Of a DNA stretch of 50,090 bases, positions 1 to 10,132 are shown piece by piece. Numbering within the stretch: position 1 is the stretch's first letter; each line of letters opens with the position of its first letter. The notes below the pieces were generated by a model. The model saw nothing but the letters and a program-made list of their open reading frames with translations, was not told where the DNA came from and did not search any database. Source of the stretch: Deltaproteobacteria bacterium. Its GTDB lineage: Bacteria > Desulfobacterota > JAJRXV01. The position numbers and the translations under genes are program-made. The stretch lies in assembly GCA_024275075.1 (NCBI GenBank), contig JAJRZU010000050.1:1-50090 (forward strand), given 5' to 3'.

Positions 1-1461
1 AGAGATAAACTTTATCTGCAACGGTAATATCTTCGTCGCTATACTTTTTGTGTTATTGACATATCTTTTGTAGCGGTTATGGTAATTCTGCTTATTGACC
101 TGCTCGTCGATCACAAGCCTGTTGAAATTCGGTGATGAGGCCTTCATTATCTCAGAATAATACTCTACGATGTCAGGAGAGAGCGCCATAGCCTTTCTAA
201 ACTCCATATCGGCTTCATCTAACTTGACGAGCTTCAAATAAAGCTTGTTCAGGTTATAGTGCGCAGTACCGTTTTTCGGGTCTAACTCTGACGCCAACCG
301 ATACAGCTTCTCGGCTTTAGCTGTCCTGTTAAGCGCTAAATATACATTGCCAAGGTTGATGTTCAGCTCATAAGAATCAGGGGCGGACTCCAGACCCTTG
401 AGGTAATAACTCTTTGCCCTCTTATAGTCGCCGCGCTTCTTACTTAAAAGGCCAAGGCTTAAAAGTATGTCCGAGTCGTCAGGGTGCTTGTTAAGCATCA
501 TCTCAAGGTTCTTTTCGGTCTCTAAGTACCATGTACCCTGATTCGCCCGGTATATGCTCTTCATCTCGCCGGTATTGACGAAAGTGTATATCCGAAGAGA
601 TGTAGTAACCAGAACCGGTAACAATAATATCAAAAGCGCGATAAAATAAAAGGTCTTCTTCTCTTTGATCGTACCATAGATGAAACCGATAAGGATAAGA
701 AAAATAAATTCCCAAAAGATACCAAAGCCTAAGAGAAGCGGCAGGAAGAAAAGAACGACAGTGTACAGCTTGACGATGTTTACATTAAGAGATTTCGGGA
801 AAACATCGGTGATATCATGCAAGAACAGCTTAAAATACTTAAGCGATATGATAATTGTATACACAAAAATAAACGCTATGATGATCGTTACAAAATAAAG
901 CAGGGTATTCGCTTTAAAGATTATGGAATCCATAAAGTTTCGCGACCTTACTTTCACGGCCTGTACATACGTGCTGATACCTTTTACTATGCTGTAATTG
1001 CTGAAATGAATGTCTGCCAATTCAAAATAGAACCGTGATATCTTTGGTGAGAGTGTGATCGCCTGCTCACTAAGCGTCACAGCTAACAGCGGTTCCCCCT
1101 GCTTGATGGCGCTGTTAGCCTCTATTACTAACGCGGAACTGAAATCTGTCAGGTTGGCTATTACGCTGTTAAGCATTATTTCTACGATCTCATTGATAAC
1201 TTCGTGAGCTTTCGTTATATTGCCATCATCAAGGAATCTCTTTCTTTTCAGCCACTTCTTCTCAAACTTGTTCTTGACCTGCTCTGACGTGATCAACGAT
1301 AAACGGGCAGGGGCCAGCGCTTCAGAAACAGCTTTGCTCTCATCCTTTGCGCTATCTTTGCCTTCTTTGGACTGGTCAGCAAAAATGACCGAAGCGAATA
1401 CTAAAAGAGCTAAAATCGCTGTAATAACACATGATATGATGAATTTATTTTTCATAGTCAT
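1..1461 (-). CDS. TPR-repeat membrane protein (3' end runs off the window)
   Basis: Manual minus-strand translation: MTMKNKFIISCVITAIFALLVFASVIFA signal/TM, internal hydrophobic segments, then TPR motifs (LLSLGLLSKKRGDYKRAKSYYLKGLESAP; NLGNVYLALNRTAKAEKLYRLASELDP). Starts 2 nt after the DUF1844 stop. Confidence 0.8.
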   Translation of the reverse strand, partial: MTMKNKFIISCVITAILALLVFASVIFADQSKEGKDSAKDESKAVSEALAPARLSLITSEQVKNKFEKKWLKRKRFLDDGNITKAHEVINEIVEIMLNSVIANLTDFSSALVIEANSAIKQGEPLLAVTLSEQAITLSPKISRFYFELADIHFSNYSIVKGISTYVQAVKVRSRNFMDSIIFKANTLLYFVTIIIAFIFVYTIIISLKYFKLFLHDITDVFPKSLNVNIVKLYTVVLFFLPLLLGFGIFWEFIFLILIGFIYGTIKEKKTFYFIALLILLLPVLVTTSLRIYTFVNTGEMKSIYRANQGTWYLETEKNLEMMLNKHPDDSDILLSLGLLSKKRGDYKRAKSYYLKGLESAPDSYELNINLGNVYLALNRTAKAEKLYRLASELDPKNGTAHYNLNKLYLKLVKLDEADMEFRKAMALSPDIVEYYSEIMKASSPNFNRLVIDEQVNKQNYHNRYKRYVNNTKSIATKILPLQIKFIS

Positions 1462-1463
1462 AT

Positions 1464-1778
1464 TTACTTGAACTTTACCGCATCCAAATATTTCATCTTC
1501 AACTCAGAGCATAAAGACTGAATAAGCTCATCCTCATCTTTTGATAAATTACCCTTTGTCTTCTCTTTTAACATGTTAATAACATCGATCATATGTTTTG
1601 CCGTGCCAAGGTCTTTTTTCATCTCCTTGGTCAGCGGATCAGGTATCGCACCGATCGCCACTAATGCTGAAGAAGAAAGGGACAAAATAAATGCTGAAAA
1701 ATCTATCTTTACACTATGACCTTTGCGATGTGTTCCCGCCTCTTCTTTTTTCATCTCATCAGGATGGTTAAATTCCAT
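1464..1778 (-). CDS. DUF1844 domain protein
   Basis: IDFSAFILSLSSSALVAIGAIPDP...AKHMIDVINMLKEKTKGNLSKDE signature; ATG at 1778 preceded by AAGGAGG. Confidence 0.9.
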   Translation of the reverse strand: MEFNHPDEMKKEEAGTHRKGHSVKIDFSAFILSLSSSALVAIGAIPDPLTKEMKKDLGTAKHMIDVINMLKEKTKGNLSKDEDELIQSLCSELKMKYLDAVKFK

Positions 1779-1818
1779 AAAAACACCCCCTCCTTTCCAT
1801 TCAAGGAAGACGCCTGTT

Positions 1819-1885
1819 AAATGAACTTCCTCGCTGCAAGCTACGGGAAATCGAACCCACAGATAACAACAGGCGCGCATGTTGA
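1819..1885 (+). repeat. Hairpin repeat family A, single-stem degenerate copy
   Basis: AATGAACTTCCTCGCTGCAAGCTACGGGAAATCGAACCCAC...AACAGGCGCGCATGTT, similar to the copies at 1985, 7141, 11118, 32345 (-) and 49280. Confidence 0.75.
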
Positions 1886-1939
1886 AAGCTAACACAAAAA
1901 ACTATGCTGTGCAAGTAAAATGTGCTGTTTTTTATTTTT

Positions 1940-1968
1940 TTGACAATTCAAATAAGCTGTGGTATTGG
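1940..1968 (+). promoter_or_regulatory. Candidate sigma70 promoter for the MopE-repeat gene
   Basis: TTGACA-17 nt-TATTGG; the -10 is weak. Confidence 0.4.
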
Positions 1969-1984
1969 TTGTATATAACCATCT

Positions 1985-2082
1985 AATGAACTACTCCGTA
2001 GCAAGCTGACGGGGTACCCGGATTAACTCTCGTAGCAAGCTATGGAAATTAACCCGCAAAAAAACAGGCGAGCCTGTTAAAC
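1985..2082 (+). repeat. Hairpin repeat family A, double-stem copy
   Basis: TAATGAACTACTCCGTAGCAAGCTGACGGGGTA...CTCGTAGCAAGCTATGGAAATTAACCCGCAAAAAAACAGGCGAGCCTGTTAAA. Confidence 0.85.
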
Positions 2083-2110
2083 ATCAAATATATTTAAAAG
2101 GAGATGAGAT

Positions 2111-3652
<1,542 letters not shown>

Positions 3653-3670
3653 CGCACGGGGAATACGCAC

Positions 3671-4066
3671 CTATTTCCGCTTATCCGTCTCATACGTCGG
3701 GTAGCGCCTGTACCAGCCGCCCTCCTCATAAATAAACGGGAACTGCGTACTGAACACACCGCTGTCGAGCGTAAAGAGAACGTCTACAGTCGCGTGAGTC
3801 GAGTCAGCAAACGTTATATTGACGATCGAAAAGTCGTTCAATTTCATATTGACATATCGTTTTTGCTGAGTCCTGAAACTCTCCTCGCTTATCAACTCCC
3901 GTGATTTCGGATTGATATATTTATACATGCCGCTGATATCATTCTTCACCCGCGCCGTGAAATACCCATCCACACTATCTCGCAACGCAGCCTGGTTCTT
4001 CACGCCGCAGGCAAGGATAAGAACCGCGAGCGCAAATGCCGCGACTGTCATAATTGCTTTATTCAT
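3671..4066 (-). CDS. Small lipoprotein, NTF2-like fold
   Basis: Lipobox LILAC; helix-then-strand pattern ending in EEGGWY; overlaps the waaF stop. Confidence 0.6.
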   Translation of the reverse strand: MNKAIMTVAAFALAVLILACGVKNQAALRDSVDGYFTARVKNDISGMYKYINPKSRELISEESFRTQQKRYVNMKLNDFSIVNITFADSTHATVDVLFTLDSGVFSTQFPFIYEEGGWYRRYPTYETDKRK

Positions 4067-5096
4067 TTTCCCTCCCTCCCCCTTGACGAAGGATATAATT
4101 AACCTTGTTAATGATTTCAGATTCCGCGATATCGTTCAGGCACCTGTAATCATACTTCACGCACTCCTTCTTACCGTGAAGCGAGCACGGACTGCAACTA
4201 TAGTTTTTTGTCAACACAATATCATCCCTACCGAGCGGGTAGAACCCGAAACCCTTGTCTGTCGGGCCGAACAGCGCGACCAACGGAGTTCCCACGGAGA
4301 CCGCGAGGTGCATCGGTGCGGAATCGTTCGTTACGAGGATGTCGCACTCCCTGATGACCGCCGCGCTCTGCTTTATCGTACCGTCAGTGAGTGTGAGGAC
4401 GCACTCCTTGTTCGTGATACCGGTCATGATATCGCTTATCTGGCGCTCATCCGCCTTCGACCCGATGAGAATAACGCGGGCGCCGGGATCATCGATCAGC
4501 ATATCGATAAGGTTCGCGAACTTCGCCGCCGGGTACCTCTTCGCTCTGTGCTTCGCTCCGGGACACACCGCCACCCTTACGGCCGCGTCACTCATCCCGC
4601 CCTTCACCAGAAGATCCTTCGCGAATGACAGATCATCGTCAGAGAGGCTGATGTACGGCAACGGGTCGGCGGAACCGATACCCAGAGACGCTAACGCGCT
4701 CAGGTACCTGTCAACGGTGTGGGGCATATTTTTGAATCGTATCTTGAACGCGGTGAGCAGCCGCCTTTTCATGGCGCCCTTCTTGTAAGCGAGCTTCCTG
4801 CCCGCCTTTACAAATAGCAGGATGAGGCGGCTCCTTATGTTCCGGTGCAGATCGATCACGATGCTGTAATCGTTCTTGTTCAGCTCCTTACAGAGTTTCA
4901 GGACACCACTCTTTGCGCTGTCGAACCCGATCACCCCGTCAACGAACGGCGACCCCTCGAAGATCTCGGAAAATTCCTTCTTGACAAGCACATCTATGCG
5001 CGCGCCGCCGAATTTTTCTCTCAACGCCCTCATGACAGGTGTCGTCAGTATAACGTCACCTATCGAGCTGAACCTTATCACCAGTATCCGTTCCAT
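4059..5096 (-). CDS. waaF: Lipopolysaccharide heptosyltransferase II (GT9)
   Basis: ILVIRFSSIGDVILTTP, VCPGA, TNDSAPMHLA and LFGPT motifs. Confidence 0.85.
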   Translation of the reverse strand: MERILVIRFSSIGDVILTTPVMRALREKFGGARIDVLVKKEFSEIFEGSPFVDGVIGFDSAKSGVLKLCKELNKNDYSIVIDLHRNIRSRLILLFVKAGRKLAYKKGAMKRRLLTAFKIRFKNMPHTVDRYLSALASLGIGSADPLPYISLSDDDLSFAKDLLVKGGMSDAAVRVAVCPGAKHRAKRYPAAKFANLIDMLIDDPGARVILIGSKADERQISDIMTGITNKECVLTLTDGTIKQSAAVIRECDILVTNDSAPMHLAVSVGTPLVALFGPTDKGFGFYPLGRDDIVLTKNYSCSPCSLHGKKECVKYDYRCLNDIAESEIINKVNYILRQGGGRENE

Positions 5097-5164
5097 CAAT
5101 CAAGCAGCGCCTTGTAATACTAATTTGTAGTTAAACAAGTAAATCAGATTAGTATAGAGTTTTA

Positions 5165-5288
5165 TTTTGGGAAAACCCTTCTGAAGAACGGTTCTTCCCC
5201 AAACTCCTTTCCCAAGCTTAACTATTAAAAAGTTTTTGAGGAGAGTTTGAGAACCGCTTTTTTCAAAAAGGGGTTCTCAAAAAACTTT
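5165..5288. repeat. Inverted pair of a hairpin repeat (family D)
   Basis: The reverse complement of 5165-5219 (GGAGTTTGGGGAAGAACCGTTCTTCAGAAGGGTTTTCCC) resembles 5228-5282 (GAGAGTTTGAGAACCGCTTTTTTCAAAAAGGGTTCTCAA). Confidence 0.65.
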
Positions 5289-5302
5289 TACATTAACTTA
5301 TA

Positions 5303-6418
5303 TTACTCGTTTGACCGCAATTTAGTATATACATTAAAAGTCTTTTTTGCGGTAATGCGATAATCGAAATTGTCACAGACGAACCGGTATGCGTTTTGTG
5401 CGTATTTCTCCGCCGTTTCCGGCGCCGCGAATACGTCTTTGATCGCCTCTTTCAGCTTCTCTGGCCGCTTCCGCTCCACCAAACGGCCGGTATCCCCGTC
5501 CTTGACGATCTCCGGGATCCCGCCGGCATCGGTCGCCACGACCGGTGTCCTCATTATCATCGCGTCGAGGATGGCGGTACACAGCCCCTCGAGATGCGAT
5601 GATATCACAAAAACGTCGAACAGTTTGTAAAAATCGGCGATATCCGTCCGAAAACCAGGGAATATTACGCTCTTACCGATACCAAGGCCGGCGGCCTGCT
5701 TCTTCAGGGCGGACTCGAGCTCACCGTGACCGACAATGAAGAGCTTCACGTTATCGACCTCTTTCATTAGGCCGGCAAACGCTTCTATCAGGTATTTCTG
5801 CCCCTTATGGTCAGCGAAGTGCGCGATATTACCGACGATGCGCTCACTGCCGGTGAGATTGAACTCCTTCAACAAGGGCGCCTTTGACGCGGCGGGGAAT
5901 TTATCAGGATCGACACCAGAATGCACCGTCTCGATGCTACCATCTGGTACGCCGCAGTCCACCATCACACCCTTTATCGCGTTAGACACCGATATATACT
6001 TATCGGGTAGCTTATACTTCAACTTGTTCATCAGGTTCCGTTTCAGGCGGAAATCGACGCGGCGCGACACGACAACCTTCACGCGGCGCTTACAAAATAA
6101 CGCCGCGATCACAGCCATTGAATGAGCGTGTGAAGTATGGGCATGAACAATATCGGCGCTTATCTCACCGATGATACGGGAGATGTGAAACGCGCTTATT
6201 ATGTCCAGTTCGCCGCGCATATTGACCTCATGAAAGGTGATACCCTCTGTATGAAGCGCCCTGGACAGTTCGCTGCCCGGCTGGCATACGACGACGGGTA
6301 CGCTACCCATCTCCTTCAGCGCGCGCACCAGGTAAAGGAGCTGCTGCTCCCCGCCGCGCCACGTTCTCTGGGTATCGATATGCAATGATATGATACGGTT
6401 CCCCATCGGGTTTCCCAT
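5303..6418 (-). CDS. Glycosyltransferase family 4
   Basis: WRGGEQQ, HAHTSH, KGQKYLI, SHLEGLCTAILDAM and TDAGGIPE motifs. Confidence 0.9.
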   Translation of the reverse strand: MGNPMGNRIISLHIDTQRTWRGGEQQLLYLVRALKEMGSVPVVVCQPGSELSRALHTEGITFHEVNMRGELDIISAFHISRIIGEISADIVHAHTSHAHSMAVIAALFCKRRVKVVVSRRVDFRLKRNLMNKLKYKLPDKYISVSNAIKGVMVDCGVPDGSIETVHSGVDPDKFPAASKAPLLKEFNLTGSERIVGNIAHFADHKGQKYLIEAFAGLMKEVDNVKLFIVGHGELESALKKQAAGLGIGKSVIFPGFRTDIADFYKLFDVFVISSHLEGLCTAILDAMIMRTPVVATDAGGIPEIVKDGDTGRLVERKRPEKLKEAIKDVFAAPETAEKYAQNAYRFVCDNFDYRITAKKTFNVYTKLRSNE

Positions 6419-6453
6419 GTAACAAGTCTCTTTTATTAATCTAACGCGGTAAA

Positions 6454-6482
6454 ATGATACTCAACGGACGGCAAATAGTCAA
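6454..6482 (-). promoter_or_regulatory. Sigma70-like promoter for the GT4-waaF operon
   Basis: Minus strand TTGACT-17 nt-TATCAT. Confidence 0.6.
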
Positions 6483-6565
6483 GCGTAAAAGAAGCCATCA
6501 TTGATGGTTTTTCAGGAGGGGCTTTGATCTGTTGTCAAAAAATCACTGCCGCGAATGGCAGCTAC

Positions 6566-6781
6566 AGGGCATGTTCCCCAATGCAATAAAGGGGTGCAGC
6601 CACACTTCTTTGCACGCGAGCTCTTTTGGAAAGAATGCATTTTTTGCCCATACGACAAGCGCCCTAATAGATCGTTACGTTTTGCCCCATTCGCTTCTGT
6701 TGCCGGTGCCCCATTTTTTCAATAATTTACAAACGTTACTTTTTTGAAACAGGTCTATTTTTCTATTTGGCAACAGTCCCT
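6566..6781. mobile_element. MITE-like family B, long diverged copy
   Basis: Begins AGGGCATGTTCCCCAAT and ends TTTTCTATTTGGCAACAGTCCCT, as in the copies at 20022 and 21174; internal CCCCATTCGCTTCTGTTGCCGG block is homologous. Confidence 0.65.
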
Positions 6782-6906
6782 TTATAGGGTAAAATCATAT
6801 AGGTCTCATTTTTTACCTTATTCAATGGCCTGTGCCTGTAAAGACAGCCTTATCACCTTTGATAAAGTAAATTTCAAACTAAATTAAATAAAAAGCATTA
6901 AACTGC

Positions 6907-6935
6907 TTGCATTCATTTAATTTTCATAGTAAAAT
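6907..6935 (+). promoter_or_regulatory. Candidate sigma70 promoter for the HAMP-cytochrome-TlpA operon
   Basis: TTGCAT-17 nt-TAAAAT in an AT-rich region. Confidence 0.45.
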
Positions 6936-7140
6936 TAATACTTAAATGTTTTTATCATTCAACTTTTGTACTTTATAAGTGAGTCTGAGCGGCCGCTTGG
7001 TTTTATTATTGTTTTTTTATCGCCGCTAACTGTAGAGACATTTTGTACGTAAAAGCCGCGTTTAGAGACTAAGCAGTAATTACAAGTTGTTATGCTTGGC
7101 GGATTATTGAAATATTGATTTATCCATGATTTTTTAACCG

Positions 7141-7242
7141 TAATGAACTGCTTTGCGGCAAGCTGTCGGAGTATCTGGTTTAAATCTCGTAGCAAGCTAC
7201 GGAGAATTAAACCCGCTGAAAAAAAACAGGTTAGCCTGTTAA
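7141..7242 (+). repeat. Hairpin repeat family A, double-stem copy
   Basis: TAATGAACTGCTTTGCGGCAAGCTGTCGGAGTATC...CTCGTAGCAAGCTACGGAGAATTAAACCCGCTGAAAAAAAACAGGTTAGCCTGTTAAA; abuts the RBS of the gene at 7255. Confidence 0.85.
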
Positions 7243-7254
7243 AGGGGGGAATTC

Positions 7255-7866
7255 ATGTCAAAAGGTAGGCCAAGTTTCTTCAGACGGACTTTCCTTATCG
7301 AGAGATCCTATCAGATAAAATTCATCTTAAAGATCGTTTCTTTTGTCGCCTTTGCCACGATCATCACCGGTGTCGTCACATATTTCCTCACCAATGAAGA
7401 GCTCGAGCGGAGCTTTTACAGCATACATTACCAGATAAAGAACGTCTGGCAGATACTCTTGCCCGCGGTCGTAATAATCAGTTTCATAACGACCGCCATC
7501 GTCGCTTTTTTCACTACATTTATTTCGCTGTATGAGTCCCATAAGATAGGCGGCCCTTTGTTCCGGTTTAAAAAGAGCCTGAAGGAGATCGGTACTGGTG
7601 ATCTAAGCGTTGTGACTAAGCTGCGGGCGAGTGACGAGCTGCAAGAGCTGACCGACAACATCAATACGATGACTGCGAACTTGAAGGAGAAAGTAATTAG
7701 AATCGATAAAGATTATGATGCGTTAAAAGAGCAGGCGAACGTAATGAACGAGAGTTTTTCTTCAAAAAGCGGCTTAGGTGACAAGGATAAGGAGCTTTTG
7801 CGGGTACTTAATAAGAGAATAAACGAACTGGGGGAGGACATACACCAGTTTAAATTTGAAGGATAA
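7255..7866 (+). CDS. Two-TM HAMP-domain membrane protein without an output domain
   Basis: RRTFLIERSYQIKFILK, two TM helices, SHKIGGPLFRF...GDLS...LRASDEL HAMP, then a short coiled coil. Confidence 0.8.
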   Translation: MSKGRPSFFRRTFLIERSYQIKFILKIVSFVAFATIITGVVTYFLTNEELERSFYSIHYQIKNVWQILLPAVVIISFITTAIVAFFTTFISLYESHKIGGPLFRFKKSLKEIGTGDLSVVTKLRASDELQELTDNINTMTANLKEKVIRIDKDYDALKEQANVMNESFSSKSGLGDKDKELLRVLNKRINELGEDIHQFKFEG

Positions 7867-7872
7867 TGTCAA

Positions 7873-9525
7873 TTGAAAGAGATTCGCGTATCAAAATCAC
7901 TAATAGTCTTACTGATTATCCTTGGTATTTGGTTAGGGGTGTTTTCCATTGTGCCGCTCTTTTTTGTAAAGCCGCCGCCGGATCCTCATATCGCGGCATT
8001 TGCGGATAAATGCGTGATCTGCCACAAAGAGGAACCCAAGGCTTTGAAAACCGCCGAGGAGAAGAAGAAGGAAGCCGCAGCTAAGGCTGAGGAGAAGAAG
8101 AAAAAGAAGAAGCGAAAGATAGATTTCAAGAAGAAGAAGGAGTACAAAGTCTCTTTGTTCAATAAAGACGTAGTAAGCCTTTGCGTTGGATGTCACCAGG
8201 AGATGGACAGCGACACATTGCATCCTCTGGATATCAAGCCGACCCAGTCCAATGGCAGCAAGCTCCCGTTTGATTCGGATGGGACGTTGACCTGCATTAC
8301 GTGCCACTACCCGCATGGCAGTAACTATTCTGCCGAGCAGTACGTTGGGCGGACTTCATTGGCAAAGCTGATATCAGTATTCTTAAAGAAAAAGTATTAT
8401 AAAACTTATTATCTGCGCATGAAAGTAGTGAAGGGTGAGTTGTGCAATGAATGTCATGAGATCAAGGAGCTCGCCACAAAGAAGCGGCATCTTGAGCTAA
8501 AGTACACTAAAGAGGATTACATCGGTTCTGAAAAGTGTGGCGACTGTCACTTAGAAAAGTATGAGGCATGGAAGAAGACCCCGCACGCGCGAATGATCAG
8601 GAACCCGCAGACAGATAAGACAGCTATTATCGCCGATTTTTCAAATTCGCCGCCATTTCGGATAGATGAGGTAAAATATACTATCGGTAATCACTGGACG
8701 CAGCGTTTCATCAGTGAGCGAAAAGGGAAATTATATGTCCGCTCGCCCATCTGGTCGATCCAGGAGGAGAAGTGGAATACCAAATACTGGAAGGATATGG
8801 CATGGTTGAAATATTGTGCGGGGTGTCACACGACAGGTTACAGCCCCGTCGGCGGCGGCGAGTACTCAGAGGTGGGGATTTCGTGTGAGGCGTGCCACGG
8901 GCCGGGCAAAAAGCACGCGCTGACTGAGGATCCGGCTCTTATCGTCAACCCGCAGAAGCTGTATGACGACCCGAAGACAAGGAGCAGGAAGGATATGATC
9001 TGCGAAGGGTGCCACACGACCGGACACGACCCGACCGGTGAGTTTAAGTTCCCTGTCGGTTTCCTGCCCGGGGAGAACCTGCAGGATTACTACATAGGAC
9101 TTCTACCGAAGCCCGGTCAGGACGACTCGACCTTTAGAGGTGATAATAGTTATGAGGACAGGCATAACCAGTTTATGTTTGTTCAAAAGTCATTCTTTAA
9201 AGCTCAAGGTATAACTTGCGATATATGCAAGAACTTCAGGGCGCAAAAGATGGAGGAGAATGAAGGTGGGAAGAAGAAGGAGTTCCTGACGCCGTCGGAA
9301 TTTTGCATGACGTGCCACCAAAGGGATCTTAAGAGGACTGACCTTCACATTGCTCACCTGATAGATGAAGTCAACTGCCATGACTGCCACCAACCAGAGC
9401 TGGCACCGGATAAAAAGCGCTACAGTATACATGACCATAAGTTCATGTTCCTGGCGCCTAAATATAAGACTGCGTTTGCAGTGAAGGAAAGCTGTGATCA
9501 TTGCCATAAAGGTAAACAACTATAA
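7873..9525 (+). CDS. Membrane-anchored multiheme cytochrome c (11 CxxCH + 1 CxxCK)
   Basis: N-terminal TM; motifs CVICH, CVGCH, CITCH, CNECH, CGDCH, CAGCH, CEACH, CEGCH, CDICK, CMTCH, CHDCH, CDHCH; YIGSEKC..CH and ISCEACHGPG (c554-like module). Confidence 0.92.
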   Translation: MKEIRVSKSLIVLLIILGIWLGVFSIVPLFFVKPPPDPHIAAFADKCVICHKEEPKALKTAEEKKKEAAAKAEEKKKKKKRKIDFKKKKEYKVSLFNKDVVSLCVGCHQEMDSDTLHPLDIKPTQSNGSKLPFDSDGTLTCITCHYPHGSNYSAEQYVGRTSLAKLISVFLKKKYYKTYYLRMKVVKGELCNECHEIKELATKKRHLELKYTKEDYIGSEKCGDCHLEKYEAWKKTPHARMIRNPQTDKTAIIADFSNSPPFRIDEVKYTIGNHWTQRFISERKGKLYVRSPIWSIQEEKWNTKYWKDMAWLKYCAGCHTTGYSPVGGGEYSEVGISCEACHGPGKKHALTEDPALIVNPQKLYDDPKTRSRKDMICEGCHTTGHDPTGEFKFPVGFLPGENLQDYYIGLLPKPGQDDSTFRGDNSYEDRHNQFMFVQKSFFKAQGITCDICKNFRAQKMEENEGGKKKEFLTPSEFCMTCHQRDLKRTDLHIAHLIDEVNCHDCHQPELAPDKKRYSIHDHKFMFLAPKYKTAFAVKESCDHCHKGKQL

Positions 9526-9545
9526 AAGAAAAGGGGGATTTTATT

Positions 9546-10079
9546 TTGGAGAGAAGATACATATTAAAAAGGTTGTTGATATTAACGGTTTGTTTTGCGT
9601 TCTTGTTGGGCGTCGCGCTAAGTTCATTTGCTGTATGTCAGAAGATCGGTGACGTTGCACCAGGCTTTGAGTTAGAGGAGCTAAATAGTGGTGAATTAGC
9701 TAAGCTATCTGATTATAAGGGCAAAGTCATCCTGCTCACTTTCTGGGCGACATGGTGTCCAAGGTGCTGGGAGGAGTTGGACTATATCAAGGCGCGGTTT
9801 GAGAATGAAGATCGTGTCGCTGTACTGCTGGTGAATATGGAGACCCAGAGCCTTTCACCCCTTCACGTTAAAAAGATTAAGAAAAAGGCTAAGGAGCATC
9901 AGATCAAGTTCCCTATGTTCCTTGACAAGAGGTTGAAAGTGTGGGAACTTTATTGTGTAAACTCTCTGCCGACTACTCTGGTGCTGGATAAAGAGGGTAA
10001 GGTGGCATTTGTGGAACCAAACTTCTACTTTGAGTCTCGGGAGAAGATAGAAGATATAATAAAAGACCTCCTAAAGTAA
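9546..10079 (+). CDS. TlpA/ResA-family thiol-disulfide oxidoreductase
   Basis: Signal peptide; GDVAPGFEL, LSDYKGKVILLTFWATWCPRC, LPTTLVLDKEG. Confidence 0.9.
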   Translation: MERRYILKRLLILTVCFAFLLGVALSSFAVCQKIGDVAPGFELEELNSGELAKLSDYKGKVILLTFWATWCPRCWEELDYIKARFENEDRVAVLLVNMETQSLSPLHVKKIKKKAKEHQIKFPMFLDKRLKVWELYCVNSLPTTLVLDKEGKVAFVEPNFYFESREKIEDIIKDLLK

Positions 10080-10132
10080 CAGCGTCAAAAAAGGGGGTAT
10101 CTCTTTTAAATAACTTAATATGAGGGGTTTAT

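Noticed and set aside
6780-7140. c-di-GMP/cGAMP (GEMM) riboswitch upstream of the cytochrome operon
   Set aside because: Could not find the GNRA-capped P2 stem and conserved GGC/AAA-G core by eye.
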